Virus record (IMG/VR): IMGVR_UViG_3300044712_001462
Location: 160,529-224,528 of that record
Direction: 5' to 3' (one strand)
Length of the DNA stretch: 64,000 nucleotides
Position numbers and translations under genes: made by a program. Below the pieces are notes generated by a model. The model saw only the letters and a program-made list of their open reading frames with translations. It made no database searches and was not told the origin of the DNA. Position 1 is the stretch's first letter; each line of letters begins with the position of its first letter. Below are positions 21,603 to 30,000 of this stretch, piece by piece.

Positions 21603-21932
21603 TTAGTTCCACAGCGCTGTAAAGTACTCTCCGAACAACCCGTGTCCACGCTGAACTCTCTCCTCATCTACTTCGTTGTCATACCACAACTCGTCGTTTG
21701 CCGAGTATTCCATGGCGTAGATCATGTCATCCAGAATCGCTGCCCACTGCTCCTCTGTGAGCGGATCGGGAATACCCGAAATATCTCTGCGAAATGCTTT
21801 GAGCCGCGGCAACACAAACTTGGCTATCGTACTATCCAAGCTCCACAACTCACTGTCGTCCCACCCTCGGGTCCATCGCTGCCACAAATGCCGACACGAT
21901 CGTCCAATTCTCCACCACGACAAACGACGCAT
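21603..21932 (-). CDS. Conserved hypothetical phage protein
   Basis: ELWSLDSTIAKFVLPRLKAF...W..ILDDMIYA...LFGEYFTALW pattern. Confidence 0.7.
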   Translation of the reverse strand: MRRLSWWRIGRSCRHLWQRWTRGWDDSELWSLDSTIAKFVLPRLKAFRRDISGIPDPLTEEQWAAILDDMIYAMEYSANDELWYDNEVDEERVQRGHGLFGEYFTALWN

Positions 21933-21950
21933 ATCTCACTCCTTGCCCAT

Positions 21951-21992
21951 AAAAAGGAAACAGCCCCAAGCTAGAGGCTCAGGGCTGTTTTT
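21951..21992. terminator. Intrinsic terminator hairpin
   Basis: AAACAGCCC/GGGCTGTTT stem flanked by A and T runs. Confidence 0.65.
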
Positions 21993-22020
21993 CGCAACGA
22001 CAATCAGACACTACGCGGAC

Positions 22021-22974
22021 TTATTCCGCTGGCGGTTCGTCAACCGGAGGCTCATCCACCGGAGGCTCATCCACCGGAGGCTCATCAACCGGCGGCTCTT
22101 CGTCGGGAATCTCGACATCGACTTCACCCAACGCCACCAAGCCAACTTCGCCCGGAGCCACTGGAGGAACCGTGTCCTTGACTTCGACAACAAATTCGGT
22201 CTTCTGGCTGACATTGCCAGAGTCGTCGATGTACGCGAACGTACCGACCACAGTCGTGTCTTGGAGCACAACGAACTCATCACCAGTAACCTGACGCTCG
22301 GCCGTCAGCTGTTGATCCTTCGTGGTCTCAACCGTGATCGCCTTGTCACCGATCACCAGTTCCAACACGCCCTTCTGGATTTCATTCCATTCGGCTTCAT
22401 CGGCCGGGGGCGCTGGCAACACTGCCGCGAACTGAATACCTTTCACTTTCGCCATACTAACTTCTCCTACGGAAACTAAAGAAACTTGACCTGGACGACT
22501 TAACAAAAACTTAATACGCCGCAACATGCAGCGCACTTGTATCAATTCCTCACAAGGAGGAGCTGAAATGATTGACTGCAGCTTAGACTCAACACTCGCT
22601 AACGCACCGGCCAGATACTCAGCCAGATCCGCGACTTGCTGTCTAGACTCACCATACAGCTCTTGCATGTTCTGGCGCAAGCTGTGAATGTCACCTCGAA
22701 TCTCTGACACATCAGAACGCAGAGAGGAAATGTCAAGGCGAGCCCCGTATACTGAGGATCTCAGCGCAGTCATGTCACTGCTGAGACCCCGGATTTCCGT
22801 ACGTAGTGCAGCGATGTCACTACGTGAACCTGCAATATCCGTACGCAAGGCCGCAACGCTCTTTTGAAGCTCAAGCAATACAGTCAACGACATGCTTACT
22901 CCAGTATCTGGCTGAGAGCCTCCGCTCCACCACTCACGCAATCGGCGAAACAACATGTGCGCCTCTGTGCTCAA
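22021..22974 (-). CDS. Coiled-coil plus Ig/FN3-like protein with acidic DEPPV tail; probable internal in-frame start at 22455
   Basis: Heptad repeats at N-terminus; AGGAG-N8-ATG at 22455; YIDDSGNVS and DTVPPVAP motifs. Confidence 0.6.
   Translation of the reverse strand: MSTEAHMLFRRLREWWSGGSQPDTGVSMSLTVLLELQKSVAALRTDIAGSRSDIAALRTEIRGLSSDMTALRSSVYGARLDISSLRSDVSEIRGDIHSLRQNMQELYGESRQQVADLAEYLAGALASVESKLQSIISAPPCEELIQVRCMLRRIKFLLSRPGQVSLVSVGEVSMAKVKGIQFAAVLPAPPADEAEWNEIQKGVLELVIGDKAITVETTKDQQLTAERQVTGDEFVVLQDTTVVGTFAYIDDSGNVSQKTEFVVEVKDTVPPVAPGEVGLVALGEVDVEIPDEEPPVDEPPVDEPPVDEPPVDEPPAE
22031..22104. repeat. 15-bp tandem repeat (about 5 copies) encoding DEPPV
   Basis: ACCGGAGGCTCATCC-type units are directly visible. 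Confidence 0.9.
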
Positions 22975-23044
22975 CAGTTGATTAACTGTTCCCAGGCTAG
23001 CGCAGAAAGGATTTCGCCGTCAACAGAAGATTGAGATAGCGGTA

Positions 23045-23401
23045 TTAGGGACCACCGCTGAAACAACTGAGGTCGCGCCAGTCATCGACTCCCCAGGGGG
23101 CCTCGGAGTCGTAATATCGGCCGTTGTAGCGAACAAAGCAGTGATAGGCATAATCATCCGTATCTTCGTTCACCCCGGTCAGCTCGTCTCCCCAGAACGC
23201 CTCCGCCCCGGGTACCAAGCCACAAACCTCCTCAGCAAACCACTCGCAGTCTCCAAAGTTGACACCTGCCGCAGAGCTGTCAAACAGCTCTTTCCAGAGC
23301 TTCACTAAAACATCGATCGCCTCGGTTATCGTCCACGACCTCTCTTTTAAAGCATCAATGCGCTGACGAAATGTCAGATAATCGTCGGACACAGTAGTCA
23401 T
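23045..23401 (-). CDS. Hypothetical protein with possible Cys-His-Asp triad
   Basis: NFGDCEWFA...HCFV...YYDSE. Confidence 0.5.
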   Translation of the reverse strand: MTTVSDDYLTFRQRIDALKERSWTITEAIDVLVKLWKELFDSSAAGVNFGDCEWFAEEVCGLVPGAEAFWGDELTGVNEDTDDYAYHCFVRYNGRYYDSEAPWGVDDWRDLSCFSGGP

Positions 23402-23970
23402 GCTGCTAATTTCCCTGTCAGACGTCCTAGCTCTCGCTTGACATAGGACATTGGGTCATCAGCTAATCGCTCAAGACTATTCCAGGGTCGAGGAAACAGA
23501 ATTGCCTCACCGCCCGCGGAATAAAACTCTTTCACATTCTGCTCATAGTCATCGATTAGCACGGCATCCCGGTGCGCCAGAAAATGCTTAGGTGGACTGC
23601 CGCCCTTCTTGGACCGGGTCATAATCGTCGGGATGTACGAGAAGTGCTTCTCAACCCAATCAATCTTCCCCTCAACACAGCCCGCAGTGTGCGCTGGTGA
23701 AGTAACAAACGCCACGTTCGACTGCCCAACAGACTGGATAGCCAGCTCAATTAGCTGGAACGCCCATGAGTAGGGCTCCAACGTAGCCCAGAACGTGCGG
23801 TCCATTCCGTGCCAGAACTCAGCGGGCGTCATATTCCACAACTTATAGACATCCCACCCTGCAGTCCCTCGGTTAGCCGGGTTATCATACGGCCACGGTT
23901 TTCCATGCAGCTTCATCGCCCCTTGGTTAAAATCCACGATCGTTCCATCCAAATCGACTAGCGCCTTCAC
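23398..23970 (-). CDS. HAD-family 5'(3')-deoxyribonucleotidase-like
   Basis: DLDGTIVD, VTSP, GKIDW, LIDD motifs. Confidence 0.85.
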   Translation of the reverse strand: MKALVDLDGTIVDFNQGAMKLHGKPWPYDNPANRGTAGWDVYKLWNMTPAEFWHGMDRTFWATLEPYSWAFQLIELAIQSVGQSNVAFVTSPAHTAGCVEGKIDWVEKHFSYIPTIMTRSKKGGSPPKHFLAHRDAVLIDDYEQNVKEFYSAGGEAILFPRPWNSLERLADDPMSYVKRELGRLTGKLAA

Positions 23971-24656
23971 TCAACAACCTCCTCACAGGCCTCTTCTTCG
24001 GCCCTTGTAAATTCAGGACTCCACCAACACTCGCCCGGACACGCGGCGATACTAATTCCCGTGTCAACACTCCCTATCTCAGGAGAATCATCACAACCGC
24101 ACTGTGTGATCGATCCGTTTGTGCGCACAACCCATTCCGTACAGGCGCACATCCAAGACTCGCGGTCAGCAGGCTCATCCAATAAGACGTAACCTCTCCC
24201 AGCCGGTAGTGGCTCTTGTGTGCCACCCTTAGTAACATCACGGATCGCATCGATCTTTGTAAAGGCATCCACCACATCCAGATCGATCGGGTCGTGATAC
24301 TGATCTTGAGACAGATAGCCGTCGATTACCTTCGCTTTAGTCAGCTGAGCGATCAGAAGAGCCCTGCGCTTGATAGAGCCGTTTGTCACGATAAACACAG
24401 GATTACCCGTATCCGCAGCGGCAGCCATAGCCTCCACCAGCATCAACTCAAACTGCGGATGTAGCGTAGGCTCCCCGCCTCCTAGGCAGATGAAGCTGTC
24501 GTACTCCGTGGCAATCTCCAGACCTTTTCGGAAAACATCAAGCGACATGTCACTGCCATTGGCTGTTGCAGACATACAGCAGTGGGCACAAGACATGTTG
24601 CAGCGAGTTGTGAGTTCTAGGTACGTGGGTCGTCCTCCGGACCTGTTACTATCCAC
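23967..24656 (-). CDS. Radical SAM protein with C-terminal Cys-rich (SPASM/twitch-like) region
   Basis: CNMSCAHC, GGGEPTLHP, VTNG. Confidence 0.9.
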   Translation of the reverse strand: MDSNRSGGRPTYLELTTRCNMSCAHCCMSATANGSDMSLDVFRKGLEIATEYDSFICLGGGEPTLHPQFELMLVEAMAAAADTGNPVFIVTNGSIKRRALLIAQLTKAKVIDGYLSQDQYHDPIDLDVVDAFTKIDAIRDVTKGGTQEPLPAGRGYVLLDEPADRESWMCACTEWVVRTNGSITQCGCDDSPEIGSVDTGISIAACPGECWWSPEFTRAEEEACEEVVE

Positions 24657-24914
24657 GTTCCACCGTCGTGACGGATCATTTGTGGATACGGCAACAGCGT
24701 CTCTAGGAATCTCTCAAACTGACCTGTCAGCCATTTGTCGTTAGGCCATTCGTCTAACTCACCATCATGCCTGTGTCCTGCAATACCCGCCACAAACCGA
24801 CGCAGGTCACCCTTACCAATGTCTAAATAAACACACGCATCATCCGCAGCATACAGATATTCCAAGTACATATTTATCGCTACTCGTAAAGCCATAACAG
24901 CCTTGTCGGTGACT

Positions 24915-25220
24915 TTATCCCGCGTCATAATCATCCTCCTCGTCATCCTCAATGCCCAGATCGTCGTTGTAGAGCCATAGCCAGGCTTGGACCCAGGTGC
25001 CATCGTCCGCCTCACTAGTACCGGCATCATCATCGACTTCAATCTCGTTTCCATCCCGATAATGACCGTACACCTCTTGGGCCGTCTTAACCTCGTGAGG
25101 TGTAGCTTGCTGGAACGGTCTGACCTCACGGACTTTCACACCTGGAAATGTTTTAATCATGTCAGCAATGGCATCCGCTTCCTGCTGGGTACAACCCTCG
25201 ATCCAGATCTTATGGCTCAC
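24915..25220 (-). CDS. Hypothetical protein, tandem paralog B
   Basis: MSHKIWIEGCT...DDAGT...WVQAW. Confidence 0.75.
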   Translation of the reverse strand: MSHKIWIEGCTQQEADAIADMIKTFPGVKVREVRPFQQATPHEVKTAQEVYGHYRDGNEIEVDDDAGTSEADDGTWVQAWLWLYNDDLGIEDDEEDDYDAG

Positions 25221-25510
25221 AGGCTTTCATCCTCCTCCGCATATTCAAGACCCATCTCTTCATTGCTCACCCAGGTCCAGGCCTGCACCCAAACGCCTTC
25301 GTCGGATTGGATGGTTCCCGCATCGTCTTCAATCTTCAGATCATAAGCGTCGGCAGCTTCACTCTCGCGGGCTGCCTTTATATACCGTGGTGTAGCCAGC
25401 TGAAACTCTACCGGGTCGTGTACTATGACCCCCGGCATGGACCTCATCGCACTTACAATCCCGTGCGCATCCTCTTTCGTGCAACCTTCAATCCAGATCT
25501 TGTAACTCAC
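25217..25510 (-). CDS. Hypothetical protein, tandem paralog A
   Basis: MSYKIWIEGCT...DDAGT...WVQAW. Confidence 0.75.
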   Translation of the reverse strand: MSYKIWIEGCTKEDAHGIVSAMRSMPGVIVHDPVEFQLATPRYIKAARESEAADAYDLKIEDDAGTIQSDEGVWVQAWTWVSNEEMGLEYAEEDESL

Positions 25511-26870
25511 AGGTATCCCTCCACTAACTTTGTCTTACCCAGAACCTTGTCCTGCTGCACTAAGACATCGCATAGAGACAATTGACCGGCCAACCAATCC
25601 CGGCCAGGCATCTCCGCCGCTGTCACTGCCACATGTCGCAACTCCTCATACAGCGCCTTGTAATCAGGCGGAGGAACTGGTTTCGCCTGTCTCTCCTCCT
25701 CGACGTACTCCATAAACTCCTCAAAAGCTTCGTCCTCATCCCAGTCGTGCTCACTAAAGGGAAAAATCCGCTGAATAAAGTCTCGCAGATTCGGCAGGGC
25801 ACAGTTTACCCCGTTTCGCAAATCATCCAGGTCGTCCTGGAAATCCAGGAGATCAGCAACAGCCTGCTCCAACAATTTCTTTAACTGAGCTTCAGACAAC
25901 GCCATTCTATTACGCCCTTTCTTTATGCCCACACAACTGACACTGGATATATGCATTGGTTCCATTAAACACCACCAGAGGCATGTCATTTCGGCCTAGT
26001 CGCCAAACATGCTTACATGGCGGCCCCTTTGACTCTTGTCCAAGATCAATACCACGAGCCATAGCCAGTCGGTACTGCTCCGTCAGCCACTCGGCAAACT
26101 CTCTCGATCGAATGTCCGTAGGTACCGGACAGCCCTGCTCGTTCAAATACCTGAAAACCGCATCCACCTTATACCAGTCCGTGACAAACTCCCAAGTGTT
26201 CTTACCGTCGATCATTTCCACCTCACTTCTCTGCCAGGCAATCACCATTAGTGTTATACGGGTCAAAAGCACACGAGCACTTACAGACAATCGCGCAATC
26301 AAAACAAGTAATGCGAAGGTCACATTCCGCGTTTCAATGCTTCAAGGCCTGTTCTGCCCGGTTAGCCCGTGCGATTAAGCTCTTAATTCTGTCATCCACG
26401 GTAGCCGCTGCTTCGTTGGCCATTTTTCGTTATTACCCTTTCGTGAACAGTCATCTTCCCGGTCTTCGTGACATAGACCTGAACCTCTCCGCGGGGTGAT
26501 TTCAAGCGAATCACCACCCAGCCCTTCTTCTCGTCGGAGCACATGCGAGATACGTCGACAGCGCCGTACTCAAAGCCGTACTGAGTCTCTTGGTAGTGCA
26601 TGCTCAAGTCTCACTCGCCTGCTCATAGCCTCGCGAATACAACTCTTCTTTTCCACGGTGATGGCATTCCGCCCACAGAATATCCACATGCGTGTGATAG
26701 TCGCTTCTTGGGTTGTTTGCCGCAAAAGCACTCAGCCAGATCTTCTGTTCGCACTCCTCAACAATCTGCTCGTCAGTCATCTGAGCCACCTTTTCAATGT
26801 ACTCTGCCCACGGCTTACCGTAATTGTCTTTGCCCTCAAACCGACTGGCATACTCTCTCGTCTCTACCAT
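25507..26870 (-). other. Four small hypothetical ORFs (25507..~25905, 25910..~26215, 26392..26607, 26604..26870)
   Basis: Co-directional, coupled starts/stops; first genes after the promoter-like element at 26921-26949. Confidence 0.65.
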
Positions 26871-26920
26871 TGGTTAGCTCCCGTAAAAAAAAAACGAACA
26901 CTAAACCTGCCTCGTCAAAG

Positions 26921-26949
26921 ATTATGACACGAAAAGTGCCAAAATTGAG
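26921..26949 (-). promoter_or_regulatory. Putative phage promoter, copy 1: CTCAAT-N17-CATAAT
   Basis: Shared architecture with 35652-35680 and 41427-41455. Confidence 0.65.
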
Positions 26950-26955
26950 TTAGCG

Positions 26956-26994
26956 AAAACAGAAAGGGCCAGTAAGCAAAAGCTCCTGGCCCTT
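26956..26994 (-). terminator. Intrinsic terminator after the 1590-aa gene
   Basis: AAGGGCCAG/CTGGCCCTT stem with T-rich tail. Confidence 0.7.
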
Positions 26995-27022
26995 ACGTCG
27001 TCCACAGGTAAGTATCTCGTCG

Positions 27023-30000
27023 TTACGCCATCGAGGCTCTCGACAGCTCTCCACCTCCGCCACCTTGCGGATAAAACTGTCCCCAGAAGTTCTTCATCGT
27101 ATCATCGTCTTTGTCCTGGTTTTGAGCCAAGAGCTGCCCCAACATTGCACTGGTAGCGTTAGGCTCTCCTCCGTCCCGCGCAATCGACGGAGGAACCGGA
27201 TCACGGTAACGCGGACTCAAACCAATCTGCGGAGCGAGTCGGTTATAGTCACTCAGCACATTACTTTTACCGTTCTGCCACAGACCCTTTATCAGATCCG
27301 TAAGACCTCCACCCTGCAGCATCGTGCCTAGACCCTGCATGACTGGGGACTGCGACATGGCATAAGCACCCGGAAATGCGCCTCGTATGCCTTCTTGAAC
27401 ACTATTCTGTACCTGACCTGGCAACTCTTTCATACGCTCATCAACATACTGCTTGCCCTGGTCCATCATCTGCTGACCTCGATCCAGGAACGACTCACCC
27501 ATGGCCTGTCCCTGATCCATAAACTTATTACCCATCGCGTCAGCACGACTTAATGTGTCATTGCGCATGTTGTTGGCCATATAGAGACCCGTGCCCATCA
27601 TGCCCGCACTAGCCGCCACAGGACCGTAGGGAGCCATTGCCTTAGCCGCGGGAGCCGCATTACGAATAACCGTACCAGCACCTTGCCTCAAAGCACCGCC
27701 AGCGCGCCCCACTCCTGAGCGGAAATAACCAGACGCCTGCGCCGCACCCGGAATAGCCTTAGGTAGAGCCTGAGTCGTCATTGACGATGTTCCTGCCGCA
27801 CGTGCAGCATTCAAGCCCGCAAGTGCCTCGGGACTACCGGCAGGGCCATGTGGAACAACCGACCCGCGATAACCACTGGGAACCTGAGGAGATGCAAGAG
27901 GTCGAGCTGCACCCGCATTATTTGCAGCCGCCCTAGCGGCATCATCCGCTGTGTTCATGACACCTTTGGCAACGTCGTCTGTCATCCCAGCCGCACCACG
28001 AGCCACGTCGTCTGCTGAACCTGCTACACCTTTTGCCACATCATCAACACTGCTGACACCCTGTCTAAGCAGACGCGGTGCGAGCGATTTCACACCAGTC
28101 CAGAGACCCTTACCGATCGTTATTGGATTAATCGCTTGTTTCTCCGAAGACAACTTTGTCTGGAACGGACTTTTCGGAGCGGCTAAAGCCGGAGACTTTG
28201 GAACAGCACCGACAGGATTAGCCATCTGGTTGCCACCGGATCCCGGAGGCGAGAACGTGCCATGTGTCTGTTGTATGTTCTTAGGCATTGCCATCTGATT
28301 CATGCTAGGATTGAGTGAAGCGCCCGTAGCAGGGCTGGGTTGAGCCATACTCTTATTCCAGGCTTGAGAGTATTCAGGTGTCATCGCTAACCGCGCATCT
28401 TGTTCAGGTAGACCGGCTTTACGGCGCATTTGACTATCCTGCATGTACGCGGCAACCGGTTCCATAATACGACCATCAGGCCCGTATCCGTACCGATAAG
28501 GTTTACCGTCAGGCTGCGACAACGTGCCACTGGTTTGTTGCATCATCTTACCTCTTGGATCACTGGATCCTGAGCCAGCCATCTGGGGAGCCTGCTGCGG
28601 AGTCATACCCGGTGTTCGTATAACCGGACCAGGATTAGTTCCACCCAGCATATTGCCACCCGCTACATCCTGAGACGGATCAGGCTTACGCACACCTGCC
28701 GTCTGCGGCGCTTGCAACGCGGGATTGTTAGCCATCAGCTCCTGAGATTGCTGCATCTGAGGAGCCTGACCCGGGCTCGCCGGTTGTCCACCCGCTGAAT
28801 AAGTAGGGCTTCCACTTCGACGCATCGCCTCTGCCCGCTCATACTTCTGACGCATCGCTTCGCGCATGCTGATCTGAGCCGGGCTGAGACTGTACTGGGG
28901 CTCTGGTTTTTGCGCTGCCGCGATCATCGGACTGCCGTCAGGCCGCAATACAGGCCTTCCATCCCGACCAAGAACGGGATTTAGTTGTCGGCCCGAGCCA
29001 CCTGCCCTGTTTGGCAAATATCCACCACCAGGTGCGGTCATGGGCATCCCATTCGGACCCATCAGCCGTGTTCCACCGCCAGAAAGCTGATTGTCCACAG
29101 CCTCTCTATTAGCGCGATTACGATTCATGCGTTGCTGAGCACCCCAAGCTTCCTGACCTTGCTGGCTCATGCCGCCGGGCATCACCGGAGCATTAAGGGA
29201 TGCCTCAGTCTCCGCTCTCGCCTTCGCAGAAACTTCATCAGCAGAAAGCCCTTCATAGCCGGGATTAGATGGTGCCGGTCGAGGAATAGGCGCAGCAGGC
29301 GACTCACCAGGTGCTGCACTACCTTGAGCCGGAGCATTCTGTCCAGAGGGCTGTAATTGGTTCGCCTGCCCCATCGCCTGAGGTGCTTGCATCGCAGGAG
29401 CAGGCGGAGCTGTCATCTGCTGAGGCTGACCGCCCACTGTCTGGGTCTGACCGCTATTCGCAAACGAGGGGTTATTCCACTTCGTGTAATCAGGACGCTG
29501 ATCGGGCTGTACACTCTCAGGAGCCTGCGCCTGCATTCGCTCAAGCCTTCGAACTTCACTTCTATTCCCAGCTCGCCGAGCCCGATCAAGCTGAGGCTGG
29601 AAGCGACTCGCCCACTCCGGAGGACCGGCTGGTTGTTGTGGGGCTTGAGGAGTTTGAGCCAAAACAGGCGTCACAGGAGCTTGCAGAGCCGGATTAGCTG
29701 GCGGCTTCGGACCCGCTTGCATCGCATAATCGTTGATCATACCCTCGCCAGACTGCGGAGCGCCTTGCATTGCATAATCGTTTATCATCTCTGTGCCACT
29801 CGGTAAGTCCTTACGCTCACCGACTGGTGAATTCGGATCCCAAGGACCTTGGCCAGCCATCTGATTGGCCAAAGCACCGGCTGACCAGGGCTTCGTAGAG
29901 CGACCTGTCTCATAGTCCTTCGCGCTAACGGGATTGGTGTTATTCGCAATGTCATGCACGACCTGCGGAATCACACCCTGTTGCTGCTCACGATCAAAGG

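Larger units (their letters stand above)
9733..21932 (-). other. Array of roughly 40 small, tightly overlapping hypothetical phage ORFs (probable early/accessory region)
   Basis: Contiguous 55-215 aa minus-strand ORFs with overlapping start/stop codons and SD motifs (e.g. 10198..10839, 11032..11331, 11554..11820, 13884..14402, 14399..14692, 16198..16608, 18829..19359, 19627..20061). Confidence 0.8.

Noticed and set aside
22031-22104. Short direct repeats as a possible CRISPR array
   Set aside because: 15-bp head-to-tail coding repeats with no spacers and no cas genes.
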